63,648 nt of DNA, filler included, from Nemertoderma westbladi (GCA_032718475.1; 4 parts of 4 records of this genome joined end to end with filler, not necessarily neighbours in it); one strand, 5' to 3'; positions 41,418-54,779 are shown, counted from the first letter of the whole stretch. The notes: generated from the letters alone by a model not told the origin. Translations and numbers: made by a program.

Positions 41418-42790
41418 TATTGCTTCCTGTAATTATTAGTTATTTCCTAGGTATATTGAATATCAGAACCAATTTGAATTTCCCTCATCGTTTTATACAT
41501 TATTCTAAATTGATAACCCAATTAAATTTGTTCAAAAATAGAGGGAAACTTTAAACGCGATTATCTCAGAATCAGGTTTTGTGACATAAGGTCCCTTTTC
41601 TCGTGGCCAGCCACATAGACAGTGACTCACACCAACCCACACATAACACAGACGACATTGCAGTGCCGCCAAGCGGCAGTAGGTTGTACTGTGGTAATCA
41701 AATCGCTTCACGCGAAGAGTCGGATCGGGAGGAGCGATTGCGAGACTCGGGAGATCGCACGTCGGTTCGAGTCAGTAGCAAAGTGGAGGAAGTCTACTAC
41801 GAAGGATGTCCGGGGGCAAGAACTGGCCAACTTACGCAATCTGGCGAGTCTGAGCGGGCGACGAGGGCTCAGGAGGATCGCTCTTCGGATGAACTCGTCG
41901 ATCCGTTATGTAGGCTAGGCCAGCCAGCTACTGTAGGCTATCAGTCAGTAGACCAGCAAGAACAAGCTACAGTAGTGCCGGACATAGATAAACAAACAAC
42001 CCTAAACCCCAATGCGAGTGATTATAGACCGCCGAGAGTTCCAGAAGGGGGTCGACTTAATTTATCGGACGTTCGACATGCAGACTCCACTGCGAATGTA
42101 CCGGTACCGCGAGTACCCCTATGGAGGCCTAGGGATGATAATGTGTATTACAATAGTAATACAAGAGAATATTTACCAGTAACAGCAAGCCCTTCATACA
42201 ACCCAACTTCATCAGGGACATACACCCAAAGGGGGTCTAATGAAACTATTCATAGCCCCGTAGGTCCACATTATGATACTTTACCTAGGCTATCTTACCC
42301 CAGTAGGGAAACTGATAAACCTGCATATAATAATGTTGGGGGTAAGGACATGGCAAGGGGCCCAGGGGGCCTAGGAATGTATAGACCAAATATTGGTGAA
42401 GGGTCTTCCCATAGGGATGGTGTCCCATCAGGACCTGCCAGTGGCTCTATTGGACAGACTACTTCACTACCAACAATACCAGAACATGTCAGCAGCACAG
42501 ACCCTACTGGGGGAATGAGTGCAGTGGTGGATGCACTCAGGGTGCGTTTAGAATTACCTCCCATCAAACCCTTTACATTTGATGGGACAAAGCCTGAAGA
42601 GTATGTACAATTCAGGAGCATGTTCAACGAGGAAGTCATGTCTAGGGGTCTAACTACAACTCGATGTCTAACTCATCTTCAGTCCTATGTAGAGGGAGAA
42701 GCTAGCGACATTGTTAGGCCATTTCTGGGCATGGAAGGAGGCTTCGCAGAGGCGTGGGCAGCCCTAGATAGTGAATATGGGCATCCTGCG

Positions 42791-45220
42791 AGTCCACGGT
42801 CAGCGTCGAACCCGATCCTGTTTTCAACTCTTTGTTCTCTCTCGATGGCCGCTGTCTCTCCGACCACAAGCCAGTTCGGCTAGTATTTGAATCACAAATC
42901 CCAGATTCCAAAGTCCCGTCAAAGAAGATAGTATATTCCTTCTGCCGCGCCGACTACAAGGCCATGCGTAAGGAAATTAAGGACTCACCTTTTTCTCCTC
43001 GAGATTCGGCTCCCAACGCTGTTCTCAATGAATGGTACTCGTGGGTTGCAGGGTTGATATCTCGGTTCGTACCGAGACGAACCAAGCATCGTCAAACCCT
43101 CCCCCCATGGGCTTCCTCATCATCGTCTAACCTGCAAAAGAGATTAAACACACTGCGCAATAAACTCGCCAAACGGGTCTCTCCCAATCCTACACTATCC
43201 GCTAAAATAACTGCCAAAGAATCTGATCTCAACCTCCAACTACACCAGGAGCAGTCTGAATATGAAAAATTAACCTTCGAAAACTCTCGCTTCGATATGA
43301 TTTTCAAGTATTTGAAATCAATAAGAAAAACCAACAACATCCCGCCAATTGTTAAATGGGGCAACGAAACTGCTTCCACCGAACCCGAAAAGGCGGACCT
43401 GTTTAACAGGTACTTCCAGTCCGTCTTCAACCCACCAAGCGAACCCACACACCTCGACCACTCAAGCTTCCCCGGTTGCGTAGACGACTACAATGTCTCC
43501 TGTGAGTCCATCTCTGAGGTTCTTGCGAAATTAAAGACCAACAAATCTCGCGGACTCGACGATATTCCACCAGCTTTCCTCAAGTCTCTCGGGCCCGACA
43601 TCGCCCCATCTTTGAACGTTCTTTTCAGCATCCTAAAAGCCACAAACACATTCCCGGACTTTTGGAAGTGCGCTCTACTCTCTCCCCTCCATAAAAAACT
43701 AAGTAAAATGTACACAGACAACCACAGACCAGTGTCCCTCCTCTGCATTATCTCCAAGGTCTTCGAATCCCTCGTGTTTCATCCACTTTACCGGCATCTA
43801 GCCCCTCGCCTGCACTGCTCCCAGTACGGTTTTCTCCAACGAAAATCTACTACTGTACAACTGCTCCAATTCTTAGATGCAGTCTACAAAGGTACAGAAA
43901 GCAACTTAGAAACCATTGAGACAATCTATTTAGATTTTTCTAAGGCTTTCGATAAAGTGGATCACAACATCACACTTCAAAAACTGTCGGACATTGTTGT
44001 TAGAGGAAATATGCTCCTAATTATTAAGTCCTACCTTTCGAATCGCCAACAGATGACGAGGATCGGAAACTCCACCTCCAGTCCGCTTCTGGTCGGCAGT
44101 GGCGTTCCTCAGGGTGCCCTGCTCGCCGTCCTCATCTTCCTCAACCACAATGACACTCCAACATGCATCGTACACTCAATCCCTTTTCTCTTCGCTGACG
44201 ATATGAAGGCCCTTTCAATGGTTTCCGACGAAACTGCTCTCCAAGCGGACCTCGACCGTCTCTCCGACTGGGCCGTTAACAACGCCATGTCCTTCTCCAA
44301 GGACAAGTGCCGCCATCTCGTCTTCCACGGCAGCCCGCCCGACCGAACCGTCTCTGGGTTCACAATCGCCTGAGCCACCTCCGAGAAGGACCTCGGACTA
44401 ATTGTGTCGACCGACCTCTCCTGGTCGGCGCACATCTCCGAGCGGGTTGCCAAGGCGACGCGGGCCTTGTTCCAGCTGAAGCGCTGCACGTCGCCGCTTC
44501 TGCCGGAGTCCGCTCGCCTCGCCGCCTACAAAGGCCTCGTGGTACCGATTGCCGCCTACGCGTCCCAGTGCTGGTTTGCCAACCGCGGCGACATGAAACT
44601 CATCGAGCAGCTACAGCACCGGGCCACGCGCTGGGTGACGTCGTCTGACCACCCCTATAAAGACAGACTCCGCCAACTTAAACTTCTTCCCCTCAACCTT
44701 TACCTGGAACTGCACGATCTCCTCCTGCTTGCTGCCATCATGAATAATCGGTTCGATTTTGAATGGCGTCCATTCGTCAAGTTCCATACGCCACCTGCTA
44801 ACCGCCCAACCAGATCCAACAGACTTTTCGACCTCCCGCGGATAACCAAGGCTAGCTCGCGCCGGAACTTCTGGTTCCGCTCGCAGTGGCTGGCCAACAG
44901 ACTTTCACCATCCGCGGATCTATTAAGTCCAGCAGGTGTCAAGCAGCGGCTCGCAGCGATCTACTGGGAGCATTTCGTGCACAGGTATAATGACAATAAC
45001 CTGTGCACATGGCACCTGGCATGTTCCTGCGGCCTCTGTATTAACACATATAGCCACTACTGAGCTATGCTGAGCCTAGCTGAGCTGAGGTGTATTGTAT
45101 TACTATATTTTTCGTGCACACTTTTCGTTATTTATTCGTGCTACTGTCTCTTAATCTAGGGTTCACACCCTTCAGCACCCGGCTCGACCGTGGAGCTGTA
45201 AATCCCTTTATTATTATTAT
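42791..45220 (+). mobile_element. 5'-truncated CR1/L2-group LINE inserted in BEL gag
   Basis: SDH (APE end), YLDFSKAFDKV, SGVPQG, LFADD, C-terminal CxCxxC; a single in-frame TGA at 44371; (TAT)n tail. Confidence 0.93.
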
Positions 45221-45771
45221 ATTATTCGAAACACCATACGTACCTTAACTGCAAATACATCCTTGCACAAGCCTAAAGAATTAAAGGCCTTTGCTGCAAA
45301 GGTCAAAAAGGCTCTTATTGTGCTGCGCACATTGAGGCGACCAGCCGAGCTTAGCTCCACGTCCAATATGACATCCATAGTGGAAACCTTACCAGTATGG
45401 ATGCGCAGCCTATGGCGCAAGAAGGCATATGTCCTACGCGAGGAAAAGGACAGGGAACCAGATTTTGCAGACCTGTCCACCTTCCTTACCTTCCAGGCAG
45501 AGATTATGACAGACCCCATATATGGGGAAGATAACTTCAACATTCCTAAAACTGGAGGAAAATCTAAAGAACTTCCCGCAACCACAAATAGAGACAAAAT
45601 GAATAGCCCTGCTTATCCGCTGCCACGCAAAAATGCCATAGGTGTTTTTCATCTGGCAGAAAATGAAAGGTCCAGTAGGGATCCCGTGTCAAGATCGAAG
45701 TCACCCTCGGTGCCAGCAAAAAGGCACCAACCACCAGTGGCACCTCCGGAGAGCACTTCTCGAAATTCGAC

Positions 45772-45871
45772 NNNNNNNNNNNNNNNNNNNNNNNNNNNNN
45801 NNNNNNNNNNNNNNNTTAATTAATTAANNNNNNNNNNNNNNNNNNNNNNNNNNNNNNNNNNNNNNNNNNNN
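45772..45871. other. Artificial contig linker
   Basis: 44N-TTAATTAATTAA-44N. Confidence 0.97.
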
Positions 45872-47342
45872 TTCAACATGCTGATTCCAAAGATGATAAT
45901 TTCAACATCTTGTAATGGTGGTTTTTTGAGATATTTGATTAAATACTATGGAATAATTTTGTAATACTATTTAATATATTGACAAATATTTAAAATTAAT
46001 GCCCCGCACACTCGAAATTTTTATTTTATTCTGTAGAATTTGTGTGGTAGAATCAAAATATACTTAATATATAAATTTATATATATTTTGGAAATATTTA
46101 TATATAAGTACTAATTATTACTATTTAAGAAAGAATTTCGTGAAATGTTACCATATAATGGAAAAATGCAATTATAATTATGAACATTTGTGAGAAATAT
46201 AATTATTGAATATATTTTGTACAAATGTATACCCCAGTTCACAAAAAAAAAACAGTAGGAAAATTCACAAATAAAAAAACAGGGCTCCCATTTATAAACT
46301 AGATCAGATACATTGCCACTGACTATTTCATGGGATTAGGTGGTCCCTGTGCTGTTTTGTATTCAATTAAAAAATTAAACTGCCAATTCATTGTTAAGGT
46401 AATCAACAATAAATGCAATGCTAAAAAATGTTCACCAGAAATGTAAACATTTTATTTTGTGCAACTTGGCTTATCATTCCCTACGTAATTGATGTGAGGT
46501 CCTAATTTTTTTATAGCATTAATAATACTCATTGGTGTACATATAAAAAGCATCAAAACATTGCTGTGTTGCAGACTTTAAAAAAAAATTGCCGGTTTTT
46601 TTTTTGTGAACTCATTCACAAATAAAAAAACAGTGCATTATAAATATAAATTTAACAATCAAGGTTTATATTGTTAACGAATTACATTAAAAGTTATGTG
46701 CATATACTGTAGTTGGTTTTTAGATAGAGCCTAATATTCCACACATTTGATATAGCAGTATACCAGACTGTCAGCCCACTATACTGTTCATCTTCAGACT
46801 TCCGTGTCAGTGCTGAAGTATCAGTACTGAAGTATCAGTACTGTTATGACAGTACTGAGTACAACGCTACTGGTAGTGGTACCGGTAGTCTATAGGTTGC
46901 TCTTATGTTACAATGATGATTGAATTAATTATAAAAGAATAAAACTTTTCATTTTATTTTATATTTTTTTTGACATTTATTTTAATAAAACTAAAACGAT
47001 TTATGTTCATTTTGAAAAACATTACATATTTTGCAGGAATATAGCCTACAGAACTATGACTGGTAGAGCTCTAAAAGGTTAACTTAGTCTGGATTGTACT
47101 TTTACTGTTAAGCCTGGTTAAAAGATATACTTTGCCGTGGCAGCTCTGTGGTTTTGTGTCAGTGTCAATGTAGCTTACACTACACTGCTACATTTAGGCT
47201 ATGCTACTAACAGATAGGGCCTTTCATTATATAGGTCTAGTGCTGTAGTGGGGCATATGGCATATATAGCAAAGGCTTCAATAGCAGCTAATATAAATGG
47301 TCATGGTCATATAGACTTTGTTGTTCTAACATATATATACCA

Positions 47343-50300
47343 TTGTCACAGGGTGATAAAAGTAAAACTACCAAACCAAGAAACTCAGATGTTGTACCAT
47401 ATAGATATTACAAACGAAATTCCAATCAAAAGTGGACAGAGACTATGATGGAAGCTGCAATTGCAGAATATGATAATAAGAAGCTGCAATTGCAGAATAT
47501 GATAATAAGAAAGGAAGTCTTAAAGATGTTGCGGCAGCTCACCATATGAGCAAATACGCATTGTGGAGTCGACTTCAAGTTCGAAAACGTATAGCTAGTG
47601 GTAGAGACGGGTTGAAACAGCGGGGGAGAAAGAAGGCTCTTGAAAGTTGTGAGGAAGAAAGAATCGCCATTGTTGTTCGTGCAATGTCGAGAGCATCCTT
47701 TGGATTAACTCTACCTGATTTAGGAAAGGTATTCATCGAGTTTGCCAAGAGCCACGAAATTGCACAATGGATTAACAAAGAACCAACAAAGGTTTATCTT
47801 CTACAATTTTGTAAGCGGTATAATCTGAGTACTAGAAAGCCTCGTTCTCTTTCAGTGGCTAGAGAAGAGGCTAAACGTAATCCATTTATTGTGTATGATT
47901 TTTATGACAAGTTGTCTGTAGAATGTGACTGGTTGAAGACACAGGGAGTTGTTAACATCAAGGACCATATATATAATCTAGATGAAACGAACTTTCCATA
48001 TGACCCTAAACCTGGCCTAGTGATTGGATCTGTTGGTGAAAAGACACACCACAGAGCTGTAGGAGAAGGTCGCACCAACACTAGTTTATTGGCAATCTGT
48101 TCTGCTAATGGTATTGTTCATCCTCCACAGGTCATATTTCGCTTGGCGCATAAACCTCCTCCTGATACACTGAATGGTTGTATTGAAGGTATGAAAGTTC
48201 ATGTATCTCAAAAGGGGTGGATGACCTCTGAGGTTTTTGATGAGTGCTTCCAGGATTTTGTTCGGTCAGTTAAGCTCAAACCATTACTGATTCTCATGGA
48301 TGGTCTGTTAGCTCATCTAAGTCTATTAGTTATAGAACTAGCTATATCAGAAAAGGTCCACCTGCTTAAACTGCCTCCCCACACCACGGATGTCCTACAG
48401 CCTTTAGATGTTGTCCCATTTGCCAGTTTAAAAGCCAGCTGGCGTAATATGATCAGAGAGAAGAATGCAAATAATCCTCGATTTACACAACTTACACGGC
48501 ACCAGTTCTGCTTGTTCATAAGTGAGCTGTGGACTGACAAGTTCACTACATCCATCGTAACTGAGGGATTCAAGAGCTGTGGAATCATTCCTACCGACAG
48601 ATCCAAATATCCACTCATTCGCTTCGACCCTTTCCTGTTGAAGAGGTATAATATCTGGGTATCTGATGGCAAGATTGCCATGTCAGATGATCAGTATGCA
48701 GCCTTTGTTCGCTGCTCTAGCCCACGTAAACCCAAGCATTCTCCCCTGAAGCTATCTGCCAAACCTACATGTGAATCAACAGCTGTCCGCAATCTCAATA
48801 TTTGTTCTTATCAAGCCAGCTCTCCAAATTCTGTTTCAGTCCCAATCCCCCAGAAGCCAGACCATGATGCAGTTCCATCATATCCAAAACCAGGGAATGA
48901 TTTCGAAGCTCAGTGGGTTCTCCAATGGATACCGACTTGGATTCCTAGCAAGACAAATATCATGTCGACACCTTCAACCTCTCAAAACATTCCAACATCA
49001 TCACTACAGAAGACCCCTGAAGAGCGTGAACGCGAATTTCAAGAACGAGTCATTATTCGTCAGTTTGGTGAGAAGGAACCACGGAAAAGGAAACTTGCTG
49101 AGATGATCAGCACAAATGAATTCTTAGAAATTCAGAAGAACAAATTATTAAAGAAGAATGCCCAGCAACAAAAGAAGGCCAAGTTAGCGGCAAGTAAATT
49201 AATCAAGAAGAAAGCGCAGCAAACGAAGAAAGATAAAAAGATCTCAGTCAAAATGTTAGTCACCGAAAGTTCACCCAGTGAAGCCTCTACCTCAACACCA
49301 TTGAATATCCATGATTTTGAAATTGGAAAGCACTATGCAGTATACTACTACTAGGTCGAGCGAACTCGGACAGTGGAAATGAGATCCTTCCAGGCTTCCC
49401 GATTCTCCATAGTTGTCGCAATTTCGTTTCTCCCAAGTTCAGTATCCCTTTCAAGTTGATCTATATATGTTTTGGCCGGTCGTCCATGACTACGCTTTCC
49501 ATGAGTTGGTTGCCAGATAAGTAGATCTGGTATGACCTCGTCTTTACTTCGCCAGCAGTGCCCACTGAATCTTAATCTGCGTTCACGGAGGGTGGTTGAT
49601 ACAGGTGGTATTGTACCATAAAGCTCGGCGTTTGTCATGTGTTGTCTCCAGCTGATGTTTAGGGCTGCCCTTAGTAGTATTGTGTAGCAACCATCAATTC
49701 GTTGTTCAAGTGATTTAGTCAGTGTCCAGGTCTCACCCCCGTATAAAAATACACTTTCCACTGTGGCTCGAAAGAACTTAGTCTTCAGGTGCCTGGAGAG
49801 ATCTGATTTCCAGATGGTATCCATTTTTGATATAGCTACCCAAGCCTTTGCTTTCCTAACTTCTATGTCCCTTTTGCTACTCTCTATCCATGATCCAAGG
49901 TACTGGAAGTCATCGACCTTCCTTAGTTGATTATTATCAATGGTTGTCAAGTTCCCATCAACATTAAAGGTCATGAATTCGGTCTTTGTAGCATTTATAT
50001 GCAATCCAACCTCCTTAGTAGCCCTCTCCACTTTATTTAGTAGAAGCTGTGCATCTGCTAGCGTATTAGAGAGCAGGGCGATGTCATCCGCAAATAGAAG
50101 CTGTGCATCTATCTGCTAGCATATTAGAGAGCAGGGCGATGTCATCCGCAAAGTCGGTGTCTGTGACTGTAGTTGCCGGATATCTACTACTTCTGCGTTC
50201 TTGAAGTGTGAATCCCAGATCTTCACCCTTTGTGGCCGTCCTCATTGCGCAATCCAGCACAATTACAAATAGTAATGGTGCTAATGTGTCACCTTGCAGT

Positions 50301-51660
50301 ACGCCAGCCAGGATTGAGAAAAACTCAGTTTCACCATCTGGTGAGAGTACCTGCGCTTCTGTGTCACAATATAACAATCCAATGCCAGCAACAATTACTT
50401 ATGGTATTCCATAAGCTCTTAGGATTTCAAGCATTTTACCTCTATGGATGGAGTCGAATGCCTTCTTGAAGTCCACAAAAGTCATGACTGCGGGGAGATT
50501 CTTTGACTTAATTCCTTCAATCAGTCTCCGCAGTGCAAGTATCTGAGCTATTGTTGATCTACTTGGTCGAAATCCGTTTTGGCTCTTACGCAGTAGTTTC
50601 TCTATGTGAGGCCTAATCCCATATAGAATCATTTTATTGTATATTTTGGCAGCTACCACAAGCAGACAGATCCCACGATAGTTTGTTGGTATGCCGAGGT
50701 CTCCTTTCTTGGGGAGAGGCTTTAGTTGACCTTTAGTCCAAATTGGTGGTGGCTTTTCCCCTTTTAACATCCGGTTGCAAACATTCAATAATGGTCTGTT
50801 TAGCACTCTAGTTTTCCATACCTCCGCTGGGATTTCATCTAATCCACTCGCTTTATTATTGGACATGCTTTTAATGCTTCTTTTGAGTTCGGCAGGTGTG
50901 AAGTCCCCTGTTTCTATAGGTAGTGTCTTGTCATATATTTTCCTTGTAGGGCTGACCTCGATGTTTGGTGGCTGCCCAAGCAAGTTGCTGAAGTGATTTT
51001 TCCACTTCCCAACACGTTCTTCAGGACTATCGGCTTTGAGGCGCCCATTTGCACAACTTTTCCGATCAGATACCTCATTTACAGTTTTCCAGGTACGTCT
51101 TGATTGTTGCTGTATGTGAGCAGTTGTAATTGCTTCAGTTTTATCCTGTATGTACTTTTCCTGGCTGATGTTGTAGGCCAATTTAAGATCGTCCTTAGCT
51201 TTCTCAACCTTGTTAATGTTTTCAGTTGTTGGTTGTTCGGTTTTAACTTTGTAGGCTATCTTAAGATCTTCTCTCTTACAAGTAACCTCAGAGATTTGCC
51301 ATGTCACATACTGTTTTCGTTTGGATTTCTGGGGGATATGCCTCTTAGCTGATTCCTTGTGCAGTATACTTTGAGTATGCAGTATACTTTGACGCAAACT
51401 TTTATATTGAAAGGTTGCTTAAGGCTTTTGGGATAGAAAAGGGAGAACCTGCAAATCAGGTTGAGCTACAGTTCTATAAGTATATAGGTAACCAGACATA
51501 TGAACCACGGAAAGATGATGTAGAGGTTGTCGAAACCAAATTTATTCTCTATGGGCCAATGGAGGGCATTCCAACTGGAAAGAAAGGCTACAAGTTTGAA
51601 CAGCATGAACTGCACATAATATCTGAAAAGCAGAAAATATTTAAAGAAAAACTAAACTGA
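47343..51660 (+). pseudogene. pogo DD35D transposase (psq-like HTH, CENP-B-like HTH, DDE_1), disrupted
   Basis: YNLDET, KGWMT, LMDG-35 aa-QPLD; a 29-bp tandem duplication (~47452-47509) frameshifts the N-terminus; RTE insertion near the C-terminus. Confidence 0.9.
49347..51375 (-). mobile_element. 5'-truncated RTE LINE (RT domain)
   Basis: NYRGI, FVDFKKAFDS, GVLQGDTLAP, DFADD, FQYLGS; TSD TATGCAGTATACT at 49334-49346 and 51376-51388; internal ~55-bp duplication at ~50040-50150. Confidence 0.95.
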
Positions 51661-52428
51661 AATTAATAATAGAAAAGCGGAAAATTTTAAAGAATGTCTC
51701 GTCATTTTATATGTAGTGCCTTAATTAATTTAGGTCTACACTGTAGTATTATATTGATTTATTATTATATTCTATGCATACATTTGCATTTTCATTGTTA
51801 CTGTACCCGTACTTGAACTGAAATGTTTCATTTCTACATAATATAATATGCATACCGGTATTACTATTACAATATATTTGTGATTGTTAAATTTGATATA
51901 CCAGTTTAGGGCTTCATGTTCAGCATTAAATTTATCTGGTATGAAATTTTTTAGAAAGTGCGTAAGTTTTATTATTTACTGCGTGTCCAACCTTTTTGAA
52001 ATACATTCATGGTGAAATAAATGCATTGACGATATACTATTTAGGAACAATTGCCTTAAAAAAGATTAATATACAACTTCAGTTTTTTATTTGTGAACAC
52101 ATGGTTTTTTTTGGTTTTTTTGTTCACAAAATAAAAACTGAATAGATGACGTCATAATTCTAGAGGTATTTAGAGGAGGTGAACTAAACTTGGCATGTAG
52201 ACATGTGAGGTATATATCTATGTTCATGATAATAAAAATTTGTAATTGATTTAATATTGTTTGAAATTTTTTGAAAAACATCAAATCGGTTTTTTTTGTG
52301 AACCGAGGTATAATCGACATTTGAATTTTAATTAAGAGTTATGGATAACACATAGGAATAATTGTTATAATCTATATTTATTTCATATTCAAAATGTATA
52401 GGCCAATATTTAGTGAAATAAATAAATA

Positions 52429-54779
52429 CAGTCCAGCTCACCAACAGAGTGCCATCGGATCCGATCGGATCCAACACACTCCGACAGCTTCAAACAAGCA
52501 CAATGCTAACCTACGGAGATTTAGTACTGTTTGATTCTGTTGGAGAAAATATTTCCAACAAGTTTAGTCTGTTGGAGCCCATCTGAATCTGTCTGAAATC
52601 CGTCTGAAAGTGTTTGAAATTTCTGTTGGATGTTGTTGGAAGCTATCTGAAGTTGTCTGAAGCTGTTTGAAGTTGTCTGAAGATGTTTGACGCCATCGGA
52701 TTTTGTTAGAATTTGCCAATGCCTTACAAAAGCGTAGTTCATTAACAAAATGTAAATCACTTTAACTCTCAATTTGAAGTGATTGTGAGGGTGTGCTATT
52801 GTCAATTATAAACCGAAACAAAGATTTGTTTCATTTAACAATTTTTATTTACATAATTATGTCGTTAATTATATCAATTAATTAACTAGAATGCATAAAA
52901 GAATAATAAATTCCTATAATATAAATTCCGATAAATGAATATAATAACACCAACACGTTTTTAATTCCTTAATTTCATTAGAAATGTAAATAATGCTATA
53001 AATATATTAGTTTCTTTGACGTAGGGCACTAAAATAATACTGAACATAAACAGATATAAACACAAACAGATTAAGCAAACAGTAAATATAATTACAATGA
53101 GTGAAAAAAATATTTTTGGTTAATTTTATTAGTTGTATTGAAAGAGCATCGAAATAGAACAGGTTTGCACGTAATACTTCTAGCCCAACTATTTTTTCGC
53201 GCACCTACCCTATTTGAGTAAATTACATTCACACACTCAAAAGTTATTGCAACTTTAGTCTCTGCAAGGCGAACTTCGAAACGGAACTCCATATCCAATA
53301 TTGGTTTGTAGTTAAGCGGTTCCCTAGTTACGAAATAAATATTCGAGAACAATAAATTATTTAACATTGAGTAAGGCAGCATTTAGGCAGAATTTAGGAA
53401 CAAACAAGTACCTATTTAAGAATAAAATTACGTATACATGGGAAAACTTATTTTGAATGTTATCACTACCCTTTAGTAATGATGGGTCGAAAGTCCCCCC
53501 TAGCCCTTCACAAGGGAGGGTGGACGTAGGGACGGGGCCCTACGTTAGATAGAGAATTGGGAATGTAAAGGCCCTTGTTTTCACGTCACTGCCATGCCAT
53601 ATTATGATGTAATGTATATCCGCCATCTCTGAACTTGGGAGAAACGAAATTGCGACAACTATGGAGAATCGGGAAGCCTGGAAGGATCTCATTTCCACTG
53701 TCCGAGTTCGCTCGACTTAGTAGTAGTATATCCGCCATTGACGTACTATATTATTACTATGTACTACGTACTATGTAAAAGGTAGACCTAATCACACCAG
53801 ATACTAATTAAAATAATGTCTTAATAACTAATTATATTCATTCATACAATAAGCAATGTAGCCAATTAAGGCTGTGATTGACAAATTAACCGCACAATTA
53901 ATTAATTGACAAAACAAAAATCAAACTAGTAGAGATCATATCCAAACCTGTATAAATATAAATAAACGCAACGATATAACTAACACATGTACGTACACTA
54001 TATTAACTGTAGAGGGGGATACTGTCCCTCCTGCGAAAAGCAAAATATATTTATCAGTATTTTAATTAATGTAACTTAAAGAAATTGAGCCTTATTCGAA
54101 GAAATTCTACATGGGCATTTTGGACCTATACCGCCACTGCTTGGCTCTTTGGAAGTGTATTTCCGTAAAGCTCTATTGTATGGCTCTAGACCAACCCAAA
54201 GCAACATTAGTATGTGAACACAAAATTCCATTCCCCATTCATTTCAATGGTAGCCAACTTGTCTTTCTTGTATTGGGGGTAGACCACTGGTTAGCTTTCT
54301 GCTATTGTGTTATTCAAAGATAGCGGCAGGAATAAAGAGACCTCACTAATGGGCTGTTTCTTCAGGTCGGCTTAAGTTACAGTGTGAATGTTCAAGGGCG
54401 CCGCCAGTGCAGTGGCCAGTCCACTCTGTCGTTATTGTGGCTTTATAAATGGAGTTCCTTTAGTAGTTTCAAACGCTTTCATTCTATCTGCGAGCAAGAA
54501 GATGGGAGTAGAGTTGGGGTTGCGGTTGAGTGTGGGTGGAGTGATTGACAGGTTGTTGGAAGTTGTCTGATTCTGTTTGAAACTGTCTGAATCTGTTTGA
54601 AACTGTCTGATTCTGTTTGAAACTGTCTGAATCTGTTTGAAACTGTCTGAATCTGTTTGAAACTGTCTGAATCTGTTTGAAGTTGTTGGACTGTTGGAGT
54701 TTGTCTGAAAGTGTTTGAAGCTGTTGGATCCGATCGGTTCAGATCGGATCCGATGGCACTCTGTTGGTGAGCTGGACTG
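52429..54779. mobile_element. Non-autonomous TIR element, 38-bp TIR, TA flanks
   Basis: CAGTCCAGCTCACCAACAGAGTGCCATCGGATCCGATC and its complement; ~10/20-bp TCTGA/TTTGA subterminal repeats near both ends. Confidence 0.85.
53627..53725 (+). mobile_element. ~100-bp RTE 3' fragment
   Basis: Matches the RTE 3' end; TSD GTATATCCGCCAT at 53614-53626 and 53726-53738. Confidence 0.92.

Larger units (their letters stand above)
38562..41614. mobile_element. Non-autonomous DNA transposon, 34-bp perfect TIR, 4-bp TSD (Sola-like)
   Basis: GTGGCTGGCCACGAGAAAAGGGACCTTATGTCAC and its exact complement; ATAG at 38558-38561 and 41615-41618. Sola assignment inferred from TSD length only. Confidence 0.88.
36431..45771 (+). 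mobile_element. BEL/Pao LTR retrotransposon 5' part (LTR + gag), twice interrupted, runs into the contig end
   Basis: Begins TG exactly where 5S spacer homology stops. Gag pieces 37274-38561, 41619-42790 and 45221-45771 join in frame, with PSDSVSQ and DUF1759-like FDG..Y..F, EYG.P and F.DL..FL....DPIYG motifs. LTR 3' end uncertain (~37021). Confidence 0.85.
46232..52308 (+). mobile_element. Full-length pogo-superfamily DNA transposon
   Basis: Imperfect TIRs CCCCAGTTCACAAAAAAAA and TTTTTTTTGTGAACCGAGG, TA on both flanks; subterminal TTCACAAA repeats. Confidence 0.82.

Noticed and set aside
13406-45871. Repeated TTAATTAATTAA palindrome within N runs
   Set aside because: Artificial six-frame-stop linker; also means relationships across contigs cannot be assumed.
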